Below, one piece after another: positions 1 to 8,079 of a stretch of DNA of 23,828 bases (positions are counted from its first letter, which is position 1; every line of letters begins with the position of its first letter). The stretch covers positions 1 through 23,828 of the forward strand of contig JAOAJX010000009.1 in NCBI GenBank assembly GCA_026413945.1, in the 5' to 3' direction. The notes under the pieces are model-generated. The model was not told the origin of the DNA. It saw nothing but the letters and a program-made list of their open reading frames with translations, and ran no database searches. The stretch is from Candidatus Iainarchaeum sp. (lineage in GTDB: Archaea > Iainarchaeota > Iainarchaeia > Iainarchaeales > DTGL01). Made by a program: the position numbers and the translations under genes.

Positions 1-132
1 ATCAAAACTGAGCGCATTGCTTGTGGATGAAACGCGCTTCAGGAGGGTGCAAGCCTTTAAGGCGCTTAGACGAATGCCAGCAAGCCTTTGCTTTGCAAAG
101 GCGTAACAGAAGGCGGCTTACTCTCCGCTGCC
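1..132 (+). ncRNA. rnpB: RNase P RNA, 3' portion (5' part lies upstream of the window)
   Basis: Conserved archaeal RNase P elements occur in the correct order: GGATGAAACG (25-34), GGTGCAAG (46-53), a short P15 hairpin (53-63), GCTTAGACGAATG (64-76), a P19-position hairpin GCCTTTGC-TTT-GCAAAGGC (84-102) and AACAGAAGGCGGCTTAC (105-121, P4 3' strand), then a GC-rich P1 3' strand. The 3' end is approximate. Confidence 0.9.
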
Positions 133-135
133 TAT

Positions 136-966
136 TTACTTTACACTTTTATTTTCCTCCCTTTTCATCTTAGTCTGCTCAAAAAGCTCTTTATTTCCGT
201 AAAGAAGCGAAGCAAGCACGACCTTTTTCCAGCCAATATCTTTCTCATCAGCATATCTTTTCCTTAAATCAAGCCAATAGGAAATATAAGCATCGCAATT
301 TTCATCATATAGATCAAAAAGCGGTTTTTTGGGGTTATAAGTGTGTGGGAGCATAATTTTTCGTAATTCTTCCTTTTTCGTGAGCAGACAATCATTAAGA
401 TAGTAATTTTCTGGTTTTTTAAGCTCTTCATCTGCAACTTTTATTATTTCAAGGAAGTTCTCATCCGTTGGCTTTGGTATTGTTAGATCGTCCTGAGTAC
501 AGCTAAACGGATATCCCATAGAGGCTGAGCCAATTAAAGTACCCATTAGGCCAATCAGTGATTCTGTAAAATTATTTAGACTGTTTTTTACTTTTTCGCT
601 GTTTGATCTTGATGACTTAATCTTACTATTAAAGTCGCTATAAAAATGCATTATTTGTTTATCTAACTCAACAGCGCATTCATAAAACATTTGCATTAAT
701 TGCAAGTTACATTCAATCTCAGCATTAGCATCTTTATTTTTAAGAATATTTTTTAACTCAAATAATTGTGCTTCAACTTTACTTCTCTCAATATTGTTTT
801 TGATATAGGCCAGCTCATAAGCATCAGCAGAAATTTTCTCAAAAAGTTTCATTTCGTTTTCAATCACTTTAAGCTCAACAAAAAAAAGCAGGCAGCCAAA
901 GGCAAAGCCTGCAAACAAGACCGAGGCCATCTTTTTGGTTTCTTCTGGGCTTTTTGGGAATGGCAT
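136..966 (-). CDS. Hypothetical protein, probable N-terminal membrane anchor followed by a helical/coiled-coil region
   Basis: Long ORF (the track starts at TTG 987; ATG 966 preferred, ATG 930 or 852 possible). Hydrophobic segment SVLFAGFAFGCLLFFV. No family motif recognised. Confidence 0.7.
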   Translation of the reverse strand: MPFPKSPEETKKMASVLFAGFAFGCLLFFVELKVIENEMKLFEKISADAYELAYIKNNIERSKVEAQLFELKNILKNKDANAEIECNLQLMQMFYECAVELDKQIMHFYSDFNSKIKSSRSNSEKVKNSLNNFTESLIGLMGTLIGSASMGYPFSCTQDDLTIPKPTDENFLEIIKVADEELKKPENYYLNDCLLTKKEELRKIMLPHTYNPKKPLFDLYDENCDAYISYWLDLRKRYADEKDIGWKKVVLASLLYGNKELFEQTKMKREENKSVK

Positions 967-1017
967 GCTAAAAATATAAAAGCGCAAAATAAAAATGTTT
1001 CGTTATAAGCAGCATAT

Positions 1018-1458
1018 ATGCAAAAAAGGCCTTTGCTTGTAAAACTCACCATTGTATCGGGCTTATTTTCTGCGCTTATAACTTTTTTTGGTTTTTTGAT
1101 AAGAGGCGCCACTGCTATTTATTTTGGGAATAGCGGGATAGGGGCGAACTATATTGGATATTTGTTTAGCAGCGCTGGCTGGCTTCATTTAATCAAAGAG
1201 CTACTTGGCTTTCTTCTTGCATTTCTTTTTGTCTTTGGGGCTGTTTATCTATTTTTGAAGATGAAAAAACGAGCATTGTACATGCTGATCTTTGCTTCAT
1301 TTGCGATTATTGTGCGTAACGCCTTGGTTTTGGTTCTTGAGCCATATTTTTTCACAGTGTTTGACCTGATTTCAATGATCCCATACTCCGCAACCCTGCT
1401 GTTATCCCTGCTTTGTTTGGGAAAGATTGAATCTCAGAACGCTTTAAACAAGTCTTAG
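1018..1458 (+). CDS. Hypothetical integral membrane protein (about 4 TM helices)
   Basis: 146-aa ORF with ATG start and four hydrophobic stretches separated by short basic loops (e.g. KMKKR). Confidence 0.8.
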   Translation: MQKRPLLVKLTIVSGLFSALITFFGFLIRGATAIYFGNSGIGANYIGYLFSSAGWLHLIKELLGFLLAFLFVFGAVYLFLKMKKRALYMLIFASFAIIVRNALVLVLEPYFFTVFDLISMIPYSATLLLSLLCLGKIESQNALNKS

Positions 1459-1485
1459 TTTGCATAGGCTGTTTTTAGTCCAGGC

Positions 1486-1499
1486 AAAAGGTTAATAAA
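1486..1499 (+). promoter_or_regulatory. Putative BRE/TATA promoter for a near-leaderless transcript of 1525..2679 (and probably serS)
   Basis: AAAAGG-TTAATAAA ends 26 nt before ATG 1525, which is typical archaeal spacing. Confidence 0.55.
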
Positions 1500-1524
1500 C
1501 AAGTTTAATATAAATTTTAATGCT

Positions 1525-2679
1525 ATGGCAAGAAGTTGGATATCATGGCACCTTGTGCTTTTATGTTTTTTGGCCACATCACTCTTAGGCATAGCCAATG
1601 CCCAGCTTATCGAGTTTACTCTTGAGCCAAACATCCTGCAAAGCAAAGAGATAACCCTTAATTATGGGCAGCCCATTGAAATCCGTGCTGAACTCAGCGG
1701 ACCGAAACTTGTTGAAGCTCAGAACATAACTATGAAGATGACCATTGCGGAAACCGCAACTGAAAAATATTTCACAAAACTGTCGCATAATTCATATCTG
1801 CTCAGGACAACACTGCCTGACAACAAATATTATGAAAAGATACTTGTACAATTTGAGCTAAAGGCATACATAGACAAGGAAATAAGCGTAAAAAGATGGC
1901 TTAATATAAAGCTCACAAATGAGCTGATGGTTGACATTGTGGAGCCATCTGGAAGCATCTTTGGAACGGGAGAAATCAAAGAGATTAAAGCAAGGCTCAG
2001 ATATTACAATACAATGCCATTTGACAAAGAACGCGTTTTTGCAAATGTTATTGTTGATAATGGCATGGAAAAAAAGGTCGAGTTTATAAAAGACGGGGAG
2101 TTTTACACTGCAGTTCTTCCTGAGGCAATTCCCGAAGGCAGCCATGATATAAAACTCGCGCTGATCGGAAATTACCGCGGCAGCGCTTCAGTTAAGACAA
2201 ACCCAAACATAGTGCTACCTTTATTTTTATTATTAGCAATATCCGTTTTTTCAGTGTTTATGATAAGAAGGCTCATACGCCAAATGAGAGAAAGCAACAC
2301 CAAAAAAACTACTGAAGAGATAAAGCAGGAGCAAAAAGAGACCGAATCAACAAAAACCCATGAAAAGACGAACTTGTTCAAAATAGTTTTACCACCAATA
2401 AGAAAGGGTGAAACTGCTACTCAACAAAAAAAAGATGAAGCGTTGGTACCGCGCCAAGAGAAAAGAATAGAGGAGTTTGTGATTGAAAAGCCGAAGCCAA
2501 AATATGAAGTCCCTATACAAAAAAAAGAAGTAGCAGAAATTGTTGAGGTAAAAAAGGCCCCAGAAAGTGAGCTTAAGATGCAGCAGAAAAAAGAAAGCGA
2601 GCCTGAATTGCCAAAAGAAGAAAAGGAAAGGAAATCTTCTTTATTCCCTCTTTTTATGCCGAAGAAAAAACAAGAATAG
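1525..2679 (+). CDS. Hypothetical type I membrane/surface protein: signal peptide, beta-rich extracellular region, one TM helix, charged Lys/Glu-rich cytoplasmic tail
   Basis: Signal peptide ending in ANA|Q, alternating beta-strand patterns, TM segment IVLPLFLLLAISVFSVFMI followed by RR, and a low-complexity K/E/P tail. Confidence 0.85.
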   Translation: MARSWISWHLVLLCFLATSLLGIANAQLIEFTLEPNILQSKEITLNYGQPIEIRAELSGPKLVEAQNITMKMTIAETATEKYFTKLSHNSYLLRTTLPDNKYYEKILVQFELKAYIDKEISVKRWLNIKLTNELMVDIVEPSGSIFGTGEIKEIKARLRYYNTMPFDKERVFANVIVDNGMEKKVEFIKDGEFYTAVLPEAIPEGSHDIKLALIGNYRGSASVKTNPNIVLPLFLLLAISVFSVFMIRRLIRQMRESNTKKTTEEIKQEQKETESTKTHEKTNLFKIVLPPIRKGETATQQKKDEALVPRQEKRIEEFVIEKPKPKYEVPIQKKEVAEIVEVKKAPESELKMQQKKESEPELPKEEKERKSSLFPLFMPKKKQE

Positions 2680-4008
2680 ATGTTTGCTATGCCATTGGTA
2701 AAAAACCTTATAGAAAACAAAGAGCAGTATTGTCAAGTATTAGCTATAAGAAAAACCCCTCAGAATATTATTGAAAGCTTTGAGCAAGGCATTGAAATTT
2801 ACGAAGAATGGGACAAAAATAGCAAAAAAATACAAGAACTGCGCACTGAAAGAAACAGGCTTAGCAAAGAGTATGGTAAAAAGAAGGAAAGCTCTTTACT
2901 AAAGAAAGCAGAGTGGATAAAGAAAGAAATAGAAACTATAGAAAAAAAACAGAAAGATTGTGAGGAAAATCTAAGGAAAATTGAACTCATGCTGCCAAAC
3001 TGGCTTGCTGAAGACGTACCTAAAGAAGAGAACATAGCTTCAAAACCCATTGAATACTTTGGAGTCCCAAAAGTAGAAAAAAGTTGCACATTGGAGTTTG
3101 AGAAAGTCTATCCTGATGTGCAATATGTACAAACCGAAAGTGTGTTTCATCATTATGAGCTGGTAGGGAAGCTAATAGACCAAGATATTGCTGGTGAGAT
3201 TGCTGGCTCAAGGTTTTACTGCGAATTAGATGAACTTGTAATACTCGATTTTGCTTTAACAATGTACGCTCTTGAGTTTTTTAGGAAAAAAGGATACTCA
3301 GATCGCCTCATGATAACACCATACCTTATGAAAAAAAGCGTAGAGGAGAAGATAACATACTTTACTAGTTTTGCTGACACAATTTTTGAGCTTGAAAAAG
3401 AAGGCCTGGTGCTCATACCATCATCAGAACACACCATTATTGCCTTTTATTCTGACAAAATCTTTGAGGAAAAAGAGCTTCCTTTGAGGATAATGGCTTG
3501 GTCCCCTTGCTTTAGGAAAGAAGCTGGAGCACATGGCAAGGATACAAAAGGCATATTCAGAGCAAAGCAATTTCACAAGCTTGAAATACATTCAATAATG
3601 CCACAAAGCAATGATTTGGAAGAAGTTGAGAGAATAAGGAGAGATGTGCAAGAATTTATGTTTTCTTTGGGCCTTCCAAATAGGAGTGTTATTGTGCACG
3701 CAGCAGACACAGATATGAGAGCATTAAAACAAGTTGACATAGAAACATGGATGCCTGGACAAAACCAATACAGAGAAACACATTCGATAGCCACAATGGG
3801 GACTTGGGTTTCAGAAAAAATAAAAATGCGCTACACGACACGAAGCCATGAGCGATTGTTAACTAAAAATGTATATGCAACAGCAATTGCAAATCAAAGA
3901 GCAATATGCGCAATAGTTGAAAATCATTACAACCCAAAAGAAAAAGCAATCCAAATACCAAAGCCTTTGCAAAAATACACTTTTGGCATAGACAAAATAA
4001 AGCTTTAA
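2680..4008 (+). CDS. serS: Seryl-tRNA synthetase family protein (divergent)
   Basis: N-terminal coiled-coil arm (ELRTERNRLSKE...LPNW..DVP), GSRFY, motif 2 SPCFRKEAGAHGKDTKGIFR..QFHK.E, DIETWMP, motif 3 TAIA..R...AIVEN, and C-terminal IPKPLQKY. The start could be ATG 2689. Confidence 0.88.
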   Translation: MFAMPLVKNLIENKEQYCQVLAIRKTPQNIIESFEQGIEIYEEWDKNSKKIQELRTERNRLSKEYGKKKESSLLKKAEWIKKEIETIEKKQKDCEENLRKIELMLPNWLAEDVPKEENIASKPIEYFGVPKVEKSCTLEFEKVYPDVQYVQTESVFHHYELVGKLIDQDIAGEIAGSRFYCELDELVILDFALTMYALEFFRKKGYSDRLMITPYLMKKSVEEKITYFTSFADTIFELEKEGLVLIPSSEHTIIAFYSDKIFEEKELPLRIMAWSPCFRKEAGAHGKDTKGIFRAKQFHKLEIHSIMPQSNDLEEVERIRRDVQEFMFSLGLPNRSVIVHAADTDMRALKQVDIETWMPGQNQYRETHSIATMGTWVSEKIKMRYTTRSHERLLTKNVYATAIANQRAICAIVENHYNPKEKAIQIPKPLQKYTFGIDKIKL

Positions 4009-4011
4009 TTA
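3998..4011 (+). promoter_or_regulatory. Putative BRE/TATA promoter of tRNA-Lys (and possibly lig)
   Basis: TAAAGC-TTTAATTA overlaps the serS stop codon. It predicts a transcription start near 4035, giving a leader of about 12 nt. Confidence 0.4.
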
Positions 4012-4046
4012 GTTTTCCTGCCTATTTAATATTCATGCGAGTTTAA

Positions 4047-4119
4047 GGGCCCGTAGCTCAATTGGTAGAGCACCAGACTCTTAATCTGGGTGTCGCGGGT
4101 TCGATTCCCGTCGGGCCCA
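4047..4119 (+). tRNA. tRNA-Lys (anticodon CUU), no intron, CCA not fully encoded
   Basis: Cloverleaf: acceptor GGGCCCG/CGGGCCC, D arm GCTC/GAGC, anticodon arm CCAGA-CT[CTT]AA-TCTGG (anticodon 4080-4082), T arm GCGGG-TTCGATT-CCCGT, discriminator A4119 followed by CCT. Confidence 0.98.
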
Positions 4120-4132
4120 CCTCGGTATCTTT

Positions 4133-5998
4133 ATGAAATTTTTGCAAATTGCAAAAGCAATGGAAGAGATTGAAAAACTAAGCTCTAGAATAGAGATGAC
4201 TGACAAGCTAGCAGACTTGTTAAGAAAAGCGCAAGCGGATGAGATTGACAAGATCATATACTTAATCCAAGGAAGGGTTGCACCAGCACACAAAGGGCTC
4301 GAAGTAGGCCTTGGCGAAAACTTTGTAGTAGATGCTATTTCCAAGACAACTGGCTACAGTGAAGATGATGTTAAAAGATATTACAAAGAGTTGGGTGATC
4401 TTGGGCTAGTGGCACAAAAGCTAGTGAATGAAAAAAAACAGCGCTCACTATTCACTGAAGAGCTAACACTTGAAAAGGTTTTCTCAAACTTTTACAAGAT
4501 AAGCTCTGCTTCCGGACCTGGCTCTCAAGAGTTAAAGATAAAGCTTCTGGCTGAGCTTATAAATTCAGCAAAGCCAATTGAAGCAAAATTCATTGTTCGC
4601 ATACCGCTGAATACTTTGCGCTTAGGCATAGGTGACCCTACAATACTCGATGCATTAGCAGAAATAAACATGGATGAGTTTGTTAAATACAACAATGATA
4701 TGGTGTTTGAGCTAAACAAAAGCTACGAAGGCGAAGAACTGCATAGGCAGATAAGGGCACGGCTTAGGGAAAATATAGAAGATAAATACAACATTCACTC
4801 AGATCTTGGTTTTATAGCAAAAAAACTTAAGGAAGGGGGATTAAAAGCACTTGAGGAAATCTCAATAGAACCAGGCACACCAATAAGGCCAACACTTGCA
4901 GAACGCCTTCCAACTGCAGAAGAAATAATTAAAAAACTTGGAAGATGCGCTGTAGAAGGCAAACTCGATGGCTTCAGAATGCAGATACATAAAAATGGAG
5001 ATAAAGTAACTATTTTCTCGAGAAGGCAGGAGAACATGACATTTATGTTCCCTGAGATTGTGGATGGTATTGTAAAGCAGATAAAGGAAAAAGTAGTTAT
5101 TGTTGAGGGTGAAGCTATAGCTTATGATGAAAACACAGGGCAGTTTTTCCCATTCCAAGTAACAATGCAAAGAAAAAGAAAATATGATGTGCAACACTTC
5201 GCGGAAAAATATCCGCTTAAGCTTTTTCTATTTGATGTAATGTATGTCAATGGCAAAAGCATGATGGATAGGCCTTTTATTGAAAGGAGAAAAGTCCTTG
5301 AAGCAATAGTAAAAGAAGGAAGCATAGTTAGCCTAACCGAGCTAAAAATTGTTTCTGATGCTAATGAAATCGAAAAATATTTTATCTACTGTATAGAGCG
5401 CGGTCTTGAAGGTGTAATCGCAAAAGACCTAAATGAAAAATATATTGCCGGGGCTAGGAAGTTTGCATGGATAAAGCTTAAGCGCTCTTACAAAGGTGAA
5501 CTAAGTGACACAATTGACCTTGTGATAATCGGCTACTATAAAGGCAGAGGGGCGAGAGCAAAGTTTGGTGTTGGTGCTTTGCTAGGTGCTGTTTATAACA
5601 GCAAAAACTCAGTTTTTGAATCAATAGCAAAGGTTGGCTCGGGACTAACAGAAGAACAGCTGACTGAATTTGAAAAAATGCTTAGAAAGACAAAGGTTGA
5701 AAAAAAACCATTTAATGTTATCTGTGACTTAGAGCCAGATCATTGGGTAGAGCCTAAATATGTAGTGGAAGTTATAGCTGACGAGATAACTAAAAGCCCC
5801 GTTCACAGTTGCGCAAAGGATTTAGCTGGAGATGGTTTAGCACTGAGGTTCCCAAGGATTTTAAGGCAAAGGCCTGATAAGAAACCTGAAGATGCAACAA
5901 CAACAGAAGAAGTTTTCAAAATGTTCCGAATGCAGAAGGAAATTGTTACAGATAAAAGCACTGACAAGAGTGATGAGGTTGAGAAAGATGGGAGTTAA
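4133..5998 (+). CDS. lig: ATP-dependent DNA ligase (archaeal type)
   Basis: Motif I EGKLDGFR, VEGE, FLFDVMY, EGVIAK, WIKLK, DLVIIG, and LRFPR..RQRPDK. N-terminal DNA-binding domain with GDLG. Confidence 0.97.
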   Translation: MKFLQIAKAMEEIEKLSSRIEMTDKLADLLRKAQADEIDKIIYLIQGRVAPAHKGLEVGLGENFVVDAISKTTGYSEDDVKRYYKELGDLGLVAQKLVNEKKQRSLFTEELTLEKVFSNFYKISSASGPGSQELKIKLLAELINSAKPIEAKFIVRIPLNTLRLGIGDPTILDALAEINMDEFVKYNNDMVFELNKSYEGEELHRQIRARLRENIEDKYNIHSDLGFIAKKLKEGGLKALEEISIEPGTPIRPTLAERLPTAEEIIKKLGRCAVEGKLDGFRMQIHKNGDKVTIFSRRQENMTFMFPEIVDGIVKQIKEKVVIVEGEAIAYDENTGQFFPFQVTMQRKRKYDVQHFAEKYPLKLFLFDVMYVNGKSMMDRPFIERRKVLEAIVKEGSIVSLTELKIVSDANEIEKYFIYCIERGLEGVIAKDLNEKYIAGARKFAWIKLKRSYKGELSDTIDLVIIGYYKGRGARAKFGVGALLGAVYNSKNSVFESIAKVGSGLTEEQLTEFEKMLRKTKVEKKPFNVICDLEPDHWVEPKYVVEVIADEITKSPVHSCAKDLAGDGLALRFPRILRQRPDKKPEDATTTEEVFKMFRMQKEIVTDKSTDKSDEVEKDGS

Positions 5999-6239
5999 AG
6001 ATCTTCCACTTTTGGAAAGAATAATAATTTACTTTGCAAGCTTCATTATAGCTGTATATGTGCTAGTGCGCTTCAGAATATGGGGTGGTGATTTCATAAA
6101 ATATTTTTTCATGACAGAAAGGTGGGTTGAGCTTATTTTTGTGCTATCATTCACAACAGCAATCTCAATGTTATTTATATGGATTCTTAGGACGGAATTT
6201 AGGTTCTTTGCTGATGTGAGAGAAAAAACTAAAAAATAG
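5988..6239 (+). CDS. Small hypothetical membrane protein (83 aa, 2 TM)
   Basis: ATG 5988 follows SD-like GAGGTTGA and overlaps the lig stop (the track's start at 5892 is probably too long). Two hydrophobic helices and a basic C-terminus. Confidence 0.75.
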   Translation: MGVKDLPLLERIIIYFASFIIAVYVLVRFRIWGGDFIKYFFMTERWVELIFVLSFTTAISMLFIWILRTEFRFFADVREKTKK

Positions 6240-6284
6240 ACATTTAGGAACTAATTAAAAACATTTACGGCAATATTCAAATTG

Positions 6285-7577
6285 ATGAAGTATTGGAATT
6301 TATTAGAGAAAAGTGGTGCAAAAACGGGGGATAAGGTAAGGGTTGAAACAACTAAAGGTGACTATTCTGGAACATTGCTGCCTTCTTCCAACTTTTTGGA
6401 GATTAAGCTTGCAAATGGTTATAATGTCGGCTTTATGCCAGAATCAGTAAAGAACTTAAAAGTTATTGAAAAGCCCAAAATTAAAGCAAAGAAGAACTCA
6501 GATAAAATATCAGTAAATGCCTTTCTTCCTTTAGTTACCATACTTCATACTGGCGGCACCATAGCAAGCAAAGTAGATTATAGCAATGGTGGTGTTTCGC
6601 CAAGCATTGATTCTGAAGAAATTATTTCAGCAATACCTGAAATCAGCAGAATGGTCAACATAAAATCAGTTTTTGTTACAAATGTTCTTTCAGAAGAGAT
6701 TAGTTTCCAACATTATAAAGAGTTTGCTAGAGCAGTAAAAAGTGCAATTCAGGAAAAGCCAAAGGGCATCGTGGTAACACATGGGACTGATACAATGCAT
6801 TATTCTGCAAGCGCTTTATCTTTTATCTTTGAGAATCTACCAATACCAATAATTTTTGTTGGATCGCAAAGAAGCAGCGACAGACCAAGTACTGATGCAA
6901 AGCTAAATCTGATCAATGCAGTAAGATTCATTACAAAGACCGATTTTGCTGGTGTAGCAATCTGCATGCATGCTGGCCTTAGCGATGATTCATGTTACAT
7001 ATTGCCAGCCACAAAAAGCAGGAAAATGCATAGCACTAGAAGGGACGCATTTCGTGCTATTAATAGCAAACCAATAGCAAAAGTTAGTGATAATGGAATA
7101 GAGTACCTGCAAAATTATGAGAGATATGAAGGCGGCCAACTTAACGTTAATGACAATTTTGAGGAAAAGGTTGCAATTATAAAGGCAAGGCCTGGATTAA
7201 GATCTGAGGAAATAAAATTTTTTGAAGAAAAAGCATACAAAGGCCTTATAATAGAAGGCACCGGTATGGGGCATATCGCAATATCAGAAGGCAAAAACAC
7301 AGAAAATTTTGAAGCCATAAAATCATTAATCGGATCTGGCTGCATAGTGTGTATGACAACGCAATGCATATTTGGTAGGACAAACCCAAACGTTTATAGC
7401 ACTGGCAGACGCCTAAAGGAAGCTGGAGTGCTTTTCCTTGAGGATATGACTACAGAAACAGCATATATAAAATTATCATGGTTGCTTGGCAATTTTGGCA
7501 CAGAAAAAGCTAAAGAGCTTATGCAAAAAAATCTTCGCGGAGAGCTCAGCGAGAGAATTGGCACAGAATTCATTTGA
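6285..7577 (+). CDS. gatD: Glutamyl-tRNA(Gln) amidotransferase subunit D
   Basis: N-terminal GatD domain (IKLANGYNVG) plus asparaginase-fold motifs HTGGTIAS, HGTDTM, SQRSSDRP, RKMHSTRRDAF and VYSTGR. ATG 6285 (the track uses TTG 6282). Confidence 0.96.
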   Translation: MKYWNLLEKSGAKTGDKVRVETTKGDYSGTLLPSSNFLEIKLANGYNVGFMPESVKNLKVIEKPKIKAKKNSDKISVNAFLPLVTILHTGGTIASKVDYSNGGVSPSIDSEEIISAIPEISRMVNIKSVFVTNVLSEEISFQHYKEFARAVKSAIQEKPKGIVVTHGTDTMHYSASALSFIFENLPIPIIFVGSQRSSDRPSTDAKLNLINAVRFITKTDFAGVAICMHAGLSDDSCYILPATKSRKMHSTRRDAFRAINSKPIAKVSDNGIEYLQNYERYEGGQLNVNDNFEEKVAIIKARPGLRSEEIKFFEEKAYKGLIIEGTGMGHIAISEGKNTENFEAIKSLIGSGCIVCMTTQCIFGRTNPNVYSTGRRLKEAGVLFLEDMTTETAYIKLSWLLGNFGTEKAKELMQKNLRGELSERIGTEFI

Positions 7578-7602
7578 TTACAACGAAGCAAGCAAATGTT
7601 AA

Positions 7603-8070
7603 TTAAGCTTTTTCTTCAATCCTGTAATTCAAAAGTTTTTCAAAGCCATGAGTGAAGAAAAAGTTGCCTTCAAAATTCTTTCCTGCTAAAAGCAGCGGAT
7701 ACCAATGCTTATCATCGGGCCACATTTCATTAAATGGCAATTCTTTGGTATCAAACCACTTCAGCTCGCCTTCTTCATTTGGCCTCTCTAAACCTGAGAA
7801 ACTCTTAGCTGAGAACACATGCACAACCCATGCTGGTTCATTTGAATTCTCAAAAAAGAAATTTATTTTTCCAACCTCACAAAGCTTTTTTACCTTAAGC
7901 CCGGTTTCCTCTAGGACTTCTCGCTTCGCAGCTTCAATGCAAGTTTCACCATTCCTAACCTTGCCACCAGGCATGTTCCACTTTCCTTCGCCAAATTTTC
8001 CTTTTGCTTTTTTTTGCAGAAGTATTTTTCCATTCTTGCATATCATACAAAGAGTTGCTATTATTGGCAT
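7603..8070 (-). CDS. Nudix hydrolase, MTH1/MutT-like oxidised-purine nucleoside triphosphatase
   Basis: Nudix box GGKVRNGETCIEAAKREVLEETGL, with G.GKWN and MWPDD motifs characteristic of the MTH1 subfamily. Confidence 0.9.
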   Translation of the reverse strand: MPIIATLCMICKNGKILLQKKAKGKFGEGKWNMPGGKVRNGETCIEAAKREVLEETGLKVKKLCEVGKINFFFENSNEPAWVVHVFSAKSFSGLERPNEEGELKWFDTKELPFNEMWPDDKHWYPLLLAGKNFEGNFFFTHGFEKLLNYRIEEKA

Positions 8071-8079
8071 TAGAATCAG

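Noticed and set aside
53-102. Two palindromes beginning AAGCCTTT, suggesting a repeat, CRISPR fragment or terminator
   Set aside because: They are explained as the P15 and P19 helices of the RNase P RNA. There is no repeat-spacer periodicity.
4025-4032. TTTAATAT as the tRNA TATA box
   Set aside because: It is only about 15 nt from the mature 5' end, too close for archaeal spacing. The 4004-4011 box fits better.
4047-4121. tRNA-Lys as an integration site for a mobile element
   Set aside because: I saw no duplicated tRNA 3' end and no integrase, and the flanks are housekeeping genes.
4081-4344. Minus-strand ORF ending WARRESNPRHPD
   Set aside because: This is the typical translation of an antisense tRNA plus antisense lig sequence.
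6285-7577. gatD without an adjacent gatE, or alternatively a stand-alone asparaginase
   Set aside because: The GatD-specific N-terminal domain is present, and unlinked gatD/gatE is common in archaea. It cannot be judged from this window.
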